Below are positions 35,571-42,843 of a stretch of 42,843 nucleotides of DNA, in pieces (within the stretch, counting starts at the first letter, position 1; each line of letters begins with the position of its first letter). The stretch covers positions 1 through 42,843 of IMG/VR virus record IMGVR_UViG_3300016722_000134, one strand, 5' to 3'. Source of the DNA: a virus (lineage: Duplodnaviria; Caudoviricetes). Below the pieces are notes generated by a model, which saw only the letters and a program-made list of their open reading frames with translations, ran no database searches and was not told the origin of the DNA. A program made the translations under genes and the position numbers.

Positions 35571-37486
35571 TCCCGCACCTCCGCTCTCAGCTGCTTGTCC
35601 CTGGCGGACACATGCAGCCTGATCAGCTGCGCATCGATCGGGAGGAAACTTGTCACGGACTCCGCATTGTCAATCCAGACGGGAACCGAAACACCGGCCG
35701 CGTGGCCAAGGGTGTTGATAATATCAAGCCCAGCGTTCATCTTCGCGGCTCTGTTCAAGTTGGTGTTGTATTCAATACCCTTTATGGTAGCTTCACAGCA
35801 AGCTTTTACGCCGCCGTTCACCTGAATATCAAACAATTTCCAGCGTACAAGCCGGAAAGCACTGTTGACCTTCTGCTCAATATCCTGTGCCTTGGTCTGA
35901 ACGAATTTTTCAGCCAGAAGCAATCCATTGTCATAAGTGGCCAGTAGCTGTGCCAATTCCTTTTCCTGCGCCTTCAGTTCGGCGATACGCTTGTCCTGCT
36001 GTTCCACAATGCTCTTGGAGGTCATGCGCTGCTTGATGGCATCGATCTGCCCGGTGACCTCGGAAAGCTGCACAGTCAATTTTTCAGACTGCTTTGCAGC
36101 AACCGCATCCACGGTGGATAGGTCATGCTCGGCGGCGGAAATTTCGTCCTGAAGCTTTTTGCAATCCGCAGTATTCTCAAATGGCGCAGGGGTGACATAG
36201 GATTTATTCAGCTGTTCCAAGCGGTATTCTGAATGTTTCAGGCTCTGTTCATCATCCTGAAGCTTCTGATTGTGTTCTTTCGTAGCGGTTTCCATTTCAG
36301 TTTTTAATGCTACCAGTTCTTTACCCTTGGCTTCCAGTTCCTCCAGTTTATTAGCCTTATTCTCGTTAAAGGTATCAAGAAGGCCCTGCTGCTTTTCCGG
36401 AGAATATTCCCGCCCACAAGTAGGGCATATATTATTGCTGATATCAAAAGACAAATCATATGTGGCCACACATTGGGCACGTAACTCCGCTATCTCTTTT
36501 ACAAGACCCTCGGCTACGCCGGTCGCGCTGTGAATGCCGGCTTGATTCTTTGCAATGGAGTTGCGCAAATTGCTGATTGTTGCGCGTAGTGTGGCAGCCT
36601 CCGCCTCCAGGGCAGTGTTCCCGCCGGCGGTTTTTCGGATATAAGCCGTTTTTGCGGTGGAGATATCCGCCTGCAACTCTGCAATCTTTTTCCGAAGGGC
36701 TGCAGCGCTTTCACCGTTACGGATTTTTTGCAGGTTACTTTCAAGCTGAATTTTAGTTTTAGACAGATGGAGCGCCTCCGGACCGTCATCCGACGTAGGA
36801 ACATCAAATGGCTTTGCCTTTTCAGCCTCGTCGATGCGACCGGGAATATCGGCCAGCTGCTTATTGATTTTTTGGCGCTGGGCCTTGGTAATCTCCGCAT
36901 AATCATCAACTGATTTATAACCTATGTAATTAAGGAGCGGCTTCAGCTCGTCATGTGCATTGATAATCTCCCGGTCATCAATGCCCGGTGCGAATGATTG
37001 AATCAGCATGTCCCGGCGCTCATCCCATTTCATTTTACCGGCGAACATATCTGGATCCGTGAGCAGCATAAAGGTCTGTTCGTTGCAAATGCTGGCGACA
37101 AAAGTGGTATAGTCCTTTTTAGGTTTTGGCACGTCATTTATAAAGAATTCCGTTGTATTGCCTTGGAACTCCCGCTCAGCTTCTCCATTTTTACGGGTGA
37201 ATTTCTCTTTATAAACACGCTTCAGGGTGAAAGTATGTCCATCATTGTCCAAAAATGTACCGGAAACAGAATAGTCCAGTCCGGATGTACCACGCGTTTT
37301 TACATCAAAATTGCTGTCACTGCGGCCGGCAGAGTCTTTTCCAAACAGAAGCCAGAAATAGGCGTCGGCCAGAGTAGTCTTACCGGTGGCGTTGTCACCA
37401 AAAATATCTATGCTGGAACCGTTTGACTCCAGCACAAAATGCTTTATTCCCTTGAAATTATCAGGGGTGAGATTTAAAAGCTTCAT
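35567..37486 (-). CDS. SMC/Rad50-like AAA ATPase of the phage recombination module
   Basis: NFKGI, GDNATGKTT, CPTC hook, long coiled coil, WIDNAES. Confidence 0.88.
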   Translation of the reverse strand: MKLLNLTPDNFKGIKHFVLESNGSSIDIFGDNATGKTTLADAYFWLLFGKDSAGRSDSNFDVKTRGTSGLDYSVSGTFLDNDGHTFTLKRVYKEKFTRKNGEAEREFQGNTTEFFINDVPKPKKDYTTFVASICNEQTFMLLTDPDMFAGKMKWDERRDMLIQSFAPGIDDREIINAHDELKPLLNYIGYKSVDDYAEITKAQRQKINKQLADIPGRIDEAEKAKPFDVPTSDDGPEALHLSKTKIQLESNLQKIRNGESAAALRKKIAELQADISTAKTAYIRKTAGGNTALEAEAATLRATISNLRNSIAKNQAGIHSATGVAEGLVKEIAELRAQCVATYDLSFDISNNICPTCGREYSPEKQQGLLDTFNENKANKLEELEAKGKELVALKTEMETATKEHNQKLQDDEQSLKHSEYRLEQLNKSYVTPAPFENTADCKKLQDEISAAEHDLSTVDAVAAKQSEKLTVQLSEVTGQIDAIKQRMTSKSIVEQQDKRIAELKAQEKELAQLLATYDNGLLLAEKFVQTKAQDIEQKVNSAFRLVRWKLFDIQVNGGVKACCEATIKGIEYNTNLNRAAKMNAGLDIINTLGHAAGVSVPVWIDNAESVTSFLPIDAQLIRLHVSARDKQLRAEVRE

Positions 37487-37513
37487 TTGTTTTCCTCCAG
37501 TTAATGAAAGGAA

Positions 37514-37936
37514 TCATATGTAATCCCTAACGTTAATCATTACCGCTTGATGTGGGGTGATGGAATCACTTTTCAAACGCGTGGTAATGAAACCAATTTG
37601 CCATTCTGTGAGACTTACATTATTTTCACCACGGATTCCGGCAATCAGGATATTCCCGACAATGATATCATCGATGCCGTATCGAATATTTGGTTTGGCA
37701 AGCGGCTTGAATTTGCCTTCATCATCAATAAAATAGCAAACATCTTCAAAGGGTTCCAGGCACTGAAAGGTATCGCAGCCGACCTGGTTTTGTATGGCAT
37801 GAAAGTCATCTTCGACTTCCACCTGCACCGGATCCTTAAACGGTGCTTTGAAAAGGCACAGGATTTTATTTTTTACCACGTTAGATCCTTCATTCGTTGT
37901 CATATCCCGCGCCCTCCTTGTTGACACTAATCGCAA
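37514..37936 (-). CDS. DUF3846-like protein (true start probably ~37903)
   Basis: IQ..VG...DDEGK....PN......IVGNI. Confidence 0.7.
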   Translation of the reverse strand: MRLVSTRRARDMTTNEGSNVVKNKILCLFKAPFKDPVQVEVEDDFHAIQNQVGCDTFQCLEPFEDVCYFIDDEGKFKPLAKPNIRYGIDDIIVGNILIAGIRGENNVSLTEWQIGFITTRLKSDSITPHQAVMINVRDYI

Positions 37937-38231
37937 ATATCGCTATACTGTTGGTGTTAGTTAAATTTCTTTGCACAAAGCCGCTTTCGGTGCTCGTAAC
38001 GCCGGAGGTGGCTTTATTTATGTGCTTATGCACTGTTTTAACTGAGATTTCCAGCAAATCACTCATGGCGTCATACTGCCAATTATTGATGATATCCAGC
38101 AACCGGATTCCGACAAGGTATCCACGGGCAAGCTGTGCGGAAGATTCTGCTTTCCCAACGGTTTGCGCGCCGGTAATGCTTTGCAACGTATTATCAAAGA
38201 TTTTAATTGCGGTTTTGGTTAATTCATTCAT
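37890..38231 (-). CDS. Hypothetical phage protein
   Basis: ATGA coupling with the upstream ORF. Confidence 0.6.
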   Translation of the reverse strand: MNELTKTAIKIFDNTLQSITGAQTVGKAESSAQLARGYLVGIRLLDIINNWQYDAMSDLLEISVKTVHKHINKATSGVTSTESGFVQRNLTNTNSIAIFAISVNKEGAGYDNE

Positions 38232-38644
38232 GCTGTAATTACCTTCCTTTCGGTTTCATATTCTGAGGCGGCCAGTTCCGCATCGGCCTGCGCGATTGAT
38301 AGAACACTTTGAAACATACGGTTTTGCTGGACTGCCTCGCTGATCAGCATGCTTATGTACTCTATGTCCTGCCCGCGGAAGTCCATGGCACCGTTGCGGT
38401 CCTCAAGGTGATATTTGCGGATGGTATATTTAACCGCGTCATCGTACTCTGAAATGGTCAAATTACTGCCGACACGCTGATTGACCATGCGATAAAGTTT
38501 AACTGCGGAAATTGCTTCCTTGCGTCTGCGATAAATACGCTGATCGTCAATCAAGTAGATAAGGCGGCTGATTCCGGCTATTAAGGCAATACCAATTGCC
38601 AAGGCTCCACCAACGAGAACCAATGTAATAAATCCTTCAAGCAT
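38228..38644 (-). CDS. Hypothetical membrane protein
   Basis: N-terminal TM helix; RBS AGGAGG. Confidence 0.65.
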   Translation of the reverse strand: MLEGFITLVLVGGALAIGIALIAGISRLIYLIDDQRIYRRRKEAISAVKLYRMVNQRVGSNLTISEYDDAVKYTIRKYHLEDRNGAMDFRGQDIEYISMLISEAVQQNRMFQSVLSIAQADAELAASEYETERKVITA

Positions 38645-38819
38645 TTGCTTGTCCTCCTTTTATAATCCCAAGGGCCTGATATTTTTCTCGCATTTCCCTG
38701 CTCCGGCGCTTTGCAATCAAACGACCAGTACAGCGTGGGCAAAGGTAACCGCTCGACGGGATGTGTTGCTTAATACTGATATTCCAGTGCTGCTTACAGG
38801 ATTTGCACCTTGCAGTCAT
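38637..38819 (-). CDS. Small Zn-finger protein
   Basis: CKSC...WN.S...Y.CPRC. Confidence 0.6.
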   Translation of the reverse strand: MTARCKSCKQHWNISIKQHIPSSGYLCPRCTGRLIAKRRSREMREKYQALGIIKGGQANA

Positions 38820-38821
38820 GA

Positions 38822-39070
38822 CTATTCCTCCCGGCCTAAAAGCCAGCTCACAGAAACGCCGAGGATATCGGCCAGAGCATCCAGTTCAAAGTCCATCACG
38901 CCACGAATTTGCCCCTCAAGCTTTGATAATGCGGAGGAATTCAAGTCGATTCCCTTTGTTTGCATATGCGCTAAAAGTTCCTTTTGCTTCATGCCTTGAT
39001 TCTTACGCGCCATTTCTACGCGTGCACCAATAATATTACGGTCACCCAGCGCCTGTTTACGAAGTCTCAT
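38822..39070 (-). CDS. XRE-family HTH regulator
   Basis: G.RV...R...GMKQKEL...SKLEG..R...EL.ALADILGVSV.WLL. Confidence 0.88.
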   Translation of the reverse strand: MRLRKQALGDRNIIGARVEMARKNQGMKQKELLAHMQTKGIDLNSSALSKLEGQIRGVMDFELDALADILGVSVSWLLGREE

Positions 39071-39077
39071 ATTATTT

Positions 39078-39260
39078 TTACTTCCTTTCAGTCATCAGCA
39101 CCAATACAGTACCGATGTGTTCTGTCTTTACTCCACCGAGCCAGCAACTTGTTGCTCCGGCCACCGTGCGGGAAAAGTGATACTGTCGCCGAAGTTGGCC
39201 GGCACGTTGTTTAAGGTCCGCTATGTACTTTTGAGTCTGCTTGTCCAATCTAATCACCAC
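39078..39260 (-). CDS. Hypothetical phage protein
   Basis: Tiles the early operon. Confidence 0.45.
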   Translation of the reverse strand: MVIRLDKQTQKYIADLKQRAGQLRRQYHFSRTVAGATSCWLGGVKTEHIGTVLVLMTERK

Positions 39261-39457
39261 CTTTTATGACGATGTCGGTAATGAATTTTCTTGTCTATAA
39301 AATCAGCAACATGGCTGTTCAGACCGTTTTGAACCTTTTGAATTTCTGTAGCTTTGAACTTCTTACAGACCGGGCTGCAGTATTTGAATTTAGATTTGTT
39401 CGGGCAATGTTGGCAGCAGCTGGGCAGACTATTCTGTGCATTTTCTGGATTCGCCAA
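39254..39457 (-). CDS. Small Cys-rich hypothetical protein
   Basis: CQHCP...C...C; tiles the operon. Confidence 0.45.
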   Translation of the reverse strand: MANPENAQNSLPSCCQHCPNKSKFKYCSPVCKKFKATEIQKVQNGLNSHVADFIDKKIHYRHRHKRW

Positions 39458-39914
39458 GTAAAATCAGCTCCTCAATGGATTTTTTAATTGCCCGGAGCTG
39501 GTCAAGTCTCTGGCTGAAATCCTTTTGTTCGTTAGAAGATATCTGCCCATCTTCGGAAATATCAGAAATATCATCCGCAACATCATCAATATGCCTGGTA
39601 AGACGCTTAAATTTCATGGCGGCGCTTTCCAAGTTCCGGGGTTCAAGCTTGTCCACGCGCCCACAGCCAAGAGGACACTGTTGCGAGCAAAAGTAATTCG
39701 GCAGCTCCGGAGCATTGTAGGAGCCTGCCATCAGATTGACCTCCTCCGGGTGCGGGTTAATATTTCCGGCTTCAATGTTGGCCAATCGGGTGCGCTCAAT
39801 GCAGACAATTTCCGCAGCGCCCTCACGACTATTCAACCGGTCATTGTACACTGCAGCCTTCATTCGTGCTATGTAGTAAACGTTATTAGCCGCTTTAGTG
39901 GCTTTCTGGCTCAT
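39429..39914 (-). CDS. XRE-HTH regulator with CII-like C-terminal helical domain
   Basis: SREGAAE...L..IE....PHPEEV..M...YNAPEL..YFC...CPLG; DGQIS..E. Confidence 0.8.
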   Translation of the reverse strand: MSQKATKAANNVYYIARMKAAVYNDRLNSREGAAEIVCIERTRLANIEAGNINPHPEEVNLMAGSYNAPELPNYFCSQQCPLGCGRVDKLEPRNLESAAMKFKRLTRHIDDVADDISDISEDGQISSNEQKDFSQRLDQLRAIKKSIEELILLGESRKCTE

Positions 39915-39945
39915 TGATATTTCACTTCCTTTTTGGGATAATATG

Positions 39946-40137
39946 TTATAGATGATCCGACTGATTATGCAAAATGATATTCATGGATGCCCGCGCAGCC
40001 TGATCAAGGACACGCTGGTTGTCTTCCGGCGTATGGGTTATATAGGCGGCATCGTTAAACAGAATGTGAGTATTACCTATGTAATAATCCTGAACAATAT
40101 TGCCCTCAATTGGAATTTTCACAAGCATCTTTATCAC
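39946..40137 (-). CDS. Small phage protein behind the shared 27-bp element; candidate RDF
   Basis: 63 aa (or start at ATG 40128 after GAGGTG); IGNTHI...TPED pattern. Confidence 0.65.
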   Translation of the reverse strand: MIKMLVKIPIEGNIVQDYYIGNTHILFNDAAYITHTPEDNQRVLDQAARASMNIILHNQSDHL

Positions 40138-40148
40138 CTCTCTTCATA

Positions 40149-40175
40149 TTTATTAAGATCGCGGATTGTCCTATG
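40149..40175 (-). repeat. 27-bp element, copy 2 (putative sporulation-sigma promoter)
   Basis: Identical to 2794-2820. Confidence 0.9.
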
Positions 40176-40198
40176 AATCAGTTTTTCTTCCTTCAAAT

Positions 40199-40528
40199 TT
40201 ATTTCTGAAGGCAATTTGAGTAGGCATACGCTAACTTTTTAAAAATTTCAAACAATTCATCAACATCAGTCTGAGATTTAATAAAATTTGAGGGTATAGG
40301 TTTCATGCCACTTAGAGTTGCTTTACTAACATTATTTTTTTTCTTGAAAATTTTTCTCGCGAGAGTAGAACAATCTGAGTACAGAGCAAAATTTCCTTCA
40401 GGATAAAGTTCGCTTACGTAGTCTATCATTTTAGCCTTTACTGTGAGATAAATTGTTTCTTTCCCCTTAGGGACATAATGGGTACACGATTTACAAAGTT
40501 CTGGATTATCACACTGAAAATCGCACAT
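40199..40528 (-). CDS. Hypothetical AT-rich protein
   Basis: RBS GGAGG; Cys-rich N-terminus. Confidence 0.6.
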   Translation of the reverse strand: MCDFQCDNPELCKSCTHYVPKGKETIYLTVKAKMIDYVSELYPEGNFALYSDCSTLARKIFKKKNNVSKATLSGMKPIPSNFIKSQTDVDELFEIFKKLAYAYSNCLQK

Positions 40529-40723
40529 TCATTTCGCCTCCTCTTCTATTTTTGTTTCCCTTTCTTTTAAAAACCTTTTTAGTTCCTCCTCTTCAATTCT
40601 CTTAGTACGAGCATTTATAGCAATTGCTTTCAGCTCGCCAATCCGAATGAGACGCCATATTGAAGCAATGTTAACATTGAGAAGTTGAGCAACCTCTTCG
40701 CAAGTGTAATATTTATTCGACAT
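40529..40723 (-). CDS. Cro/excisionase-like HTH protein, first lytic gene
   Basis: YYT.EEVA.LL.V....IWRLIR.GELKA......RI..EEL..F; divergent from the repressor. Confidence 0.85.
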   Translation of the reverse strand: MSNKYYTCEEVAQLLNVNIASIWRLIRIGELKAIAINARTKRIEEEELKRFLKERETKIEEEAK

Positions 40724-40800
40724 TGTAAATATTCACCTCCTTTTTTTACTTTAAATAGTTGTATTTAACTCGAACAAATGTTATTATTTAGATGCAATCA

Positions 40801-40877
40801 AATTCAAGAACTTGAATTAGCTTTATCATAATTCAATTTTTTGAATTTGTCAATATATAAATTCAAAATTTTGAATT
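40801..40877. promoter_or_regulatory. Three palindromic operators of the lysis/lysogeny switch
   Basis: AATTCAA-N4-TTGAATT at 40801-40818, 40830-40847 and 40860-40877. Confidence 0.85.
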
Positions 40878-40891
40878 TAGGTGGTTATATT

Positions 40892-41845
40892 ATGTTATTT
40901 GAAAAAATCTCACAACTTTGTGATGAGCAAGGTTTATCAGTCACGACTTTATGCAAAGAGTTAACTGGAAGCAGTGGAAATTTGCCAACATGGAAGAAAG
41001 ATAATATAAGGCCTGAAACAGTAACGCAAATATGCACATATTTCAATGTGTCCGCTGATTATCTGCTTGGATTAACCAACTATAGAAACATAGAAGAAAA
41101 AACTCTTATTACAAGCACAGAATTGGACTCTGTCTTTAAAGGACTTAGTTATCCATCCCGAGAGACAATCGTCCAGATAACGAAAAATCTAATATCCTGC
41201 ACTAAGGATTATGAAAATCTGCGCGCTAAAAAATATGTTGACTCTGGCATAGGAGCCGGAAGATACTTGTTAGAAACAATTGCCAAAAGCATTGCAGCAT
41301 ATCAATCTGCAGCCGATTATTTGAATGGGAACAAAGCGTTAAGCAGCACTATTTACAAACTTAATGAAATGCTCTGCAATGCAGATCAATCATTGAATTT
41401 TGTCAGGGATTTGGTAGAAGAAATGGAATCTGTGGGTGGAGCAGATAGTGAGGTGCTTGATAATATCATTTATCTTCGCCACGCCGTGCAACCTGTATCA
41501 GCAGGTACAGGTACCTATGTAACCGAAGAGTGCATGGAGAAGGTTAAAGTGGCGTTTAACAAGCAAACCGCCCGCGCCGATTTCTGCGTCACCGTCAGCG
41601 GCAAAAGTATGGAACCTAAGTTCCATGATGGCGATATTCTTCTCGTTCACGAACAGCCAGATATTGAACATGGAGAATTTGGAATTTTCGTTATTAACGA
41701 TGAAGGCTTTGTAAAACAGCGTGGAGAAAAAGAATTAATTTCTCTGAATCCAAAGTATGAAAATATTCCATTCTACCCTGATGATGATATTCTGTGTGGC
41801 GGTAAAGTAATCGGTATCTTAAACCAAGATTCAATTTTATTGTAA
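40892..41845 (+). CDS. CI-like repressor (XRE HTH + S24 autopeptidase)
   Basis: N-terminal HTH (YFNVSADYLLG), VSAGTG cleavage site, G.SMEP serine, FVK lysine. Start set at MLFEKI. Confidence 0.92.
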   Translation: MLFEKISQLCDEQGLSVTTLCKELTGSSGNLPTWKKDNIRPETVTQICTYFNVSADYLLGLTNYRNIEEKTLITSTELDSVFKGLSYPSRETIVQITKNLISCTKDYENLRAKKYVDSGIGAGRYLLETIAKSIAAYQSAADYLNGNKALSSTIYKLNEMLCNADQSLNFVRDLVEEMESVGGADSEVLDNIIYLRHAVQPVSAGTGTYVTEECMEKVKVAFNKQTARADFCVTVSGKSMEPKFHDGDILLVHEQPDIEHGEFGIFVINDEGFVKQRGEKELISLNPKYENIPFYPDDDILCGGKVIGILNQDSILL

Positions 41846-41853
41846 TAAAAAAA

Positions 41854-41884
41854 GGCCGTCCACTACTGCGAATAGTGAACGGCC
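41854..41884. terminator. Hairpin after the repressor; the adjacent A-run makes it a minus-strand terminator
   Basis: ggccgtccacta...tagtgaacggcc. Confidence 0.55.
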
Positions 41885-41971
41885 AAAGTCATGTGAAAAG
41901 CATACACTTCTCTAATAACATTATATGCTGTTGTCGAAATATGTCAATAGCGGAATTAAGGAGAGGTAGAA

Positions 41972-42205
41972 ATGGTATGTCCTAAATGCGGTTCAGAGAA
42001 TGTTACTGTTACCACTGAACAAATTAGTGCGAAAACATCTAAAAAGGGAAATGGCTGCTTGTGGGGATTAGGGAGATTATTATTGATAGTTTGCACGTTT
42101 GGATTATGGCTTTTAATAGGTGGGCACAAGGGAACCGGAAAGACTAAATTTGAAAGTCAGACTGTTGCAATTTGTCAAAAATGTGGAAACAAATGGACGG
42201 TATAA
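41972..42205 (+). CDS. Split zinc-ribbon membrane protein
   Basis: CPKCGS...TM hairpin...CQKCG; RBS GGAGAGG. Confidence 0.8.
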   Translation: MVCPKCGSENVTVTTEQISAKTSKKGNGCLWGLGRLLLIVCTFGLWLLIGGHKGTGKTKFESQTVAICQKCGNKWTV

Positions 42206-42207
42206 AT

Positions 42208-42843
42208 ATGAAAGTAATTATTCCTCTATTGCTGTGTGTGGCGTTGGCATTGTCTTCAGTTGGGTGCTCTTCCACACCGTCAACCAGCTTGGTATCGAAC
42301 ACGGCAAGTTCATCATCAGCACCTGTATCATCATCGGCGCCAACATCCAGCAGTGTTTCATCGCAAGCGGAAATTAAAGTTGACAACGGTGTTCTTAGTG
42401 ACACAATTACATTTCCTTCCTCTTTGTTTGAGGGTCAGAGCATTGATGCAATCAAAGCAGACGCTGCAAAAAGCGGTGTAACTGATGTAACGAAAAACAA
42501 AGATGGATCCGTTACTTACAAGATGTCAAAAGCAACCCATCAAAAAATGATAGATGATACTAAGCAAACCACCGTAGGCGCTTTCAATAAAATGAAAAAC
42601 AGTACTGATTCTTCGTATATTAAAGATATTACCTATAATAATAATTTTACTGAAGTAACGCTTATAATTGATAAATCAACTTATGATGATAGTTTAAGCG
42701 ATGTCCTTACTTTTAATGTTGGTATGCAAACTTATTTTTATCAAGTAATAAATGGTGTCAAATCTGAATCAATCAAAACTACCATTAAATTTCAGGATCA
42801 AAAAACTAAGAAAGTATTTGAAACAGCTGTGTACCCCGATTGA
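42208..42843 (+). CDS. Ser-rich lipoprotein (possible superinfection exclusion)
   Basis: MKVIIPLLLC...SVGC lipobox, Ser-rich linker; located in the lysogeny region. Confidence 0.75.
   Translation: MKVIIPLLLCVALALSSVGCSSTPSTSLVSNTASSSSAPVSSSAPTSSSVSSQAEIKVDNGVLSDTITFPSSLFEGQSIDAIKADAAKSGVTDVTKNKDGSVTYKMSKATHQKMIDDTKQTTVGAFNKMKNSTDSSYIKDITYNNNFTEVTLIIDKSTYDDSLSDVLTFNVGMQTYFYQVINGVKSESIKTTIKFQDQKTKKVFETAVYPD

Larger units (their letters stand above)
5395..42843 (-). mobile_element. Temperate siphovirus prophage (A118-like head/neck gene order); right end beyond the window
   Basis: Complete ordered lysis, tail, head, terminase, replication and immunity modules. Confidence 0.95.

Noticed and set aside
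5844-39917. Numerous plus-strand ORFs in the track (e.g. 6190..6888, 21547..22374, 22671..23279)
   Set aside because: Antisense shadows of well-supported minus-strand phage genes, with no recognisable motifs.
40771-40784. LexA/SOS box CGAACAAATGTTAT
   Set aside because: The right half deviates from GTTC(G), and the phage has its own self-cleaving repressor; too weak to call.

Overview
Firmicutes (Clostridia-like, spore-former) chromosomal window. From ~5.4 kb to the right edge is an apparently intact temperate siphovirus prophage on the minus strand: lysis, tail, head, packaging, replication/recombination, early regulators, then a CI/Cro switch and membrane accessory genes. Its right end and probable integrase lie beyond the window. 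Positions 1-5.3 kb look like the right end of a second, degenerate element with spore-related cargo, ending in a large serine recombinase. Between the two lies an unannotated ~110-bp internal fragment of a Mn-catalase/CotJC spore-coat gene (YGGPHGEIGASLRYLSQRYTMPYPELKAILTDIGTEE), bracketed by inverted att-like arms. This suggests a sporulation gene cut into three pieces by two tandem elements, so that two excisions would be needed to rebuild it. Both elements share an identical 27-bp putative sporulation promoter in front of a small ORF. The phage also encodes a stand-alone Spo0A DNA-binding domain, a minor capsid protein fused to an Ntox50-like toxin with a probable immunity gene, and a likely +1 frameshift in its tail chaperone. 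All family assignments come from motif recognition by eye; no searches were run.
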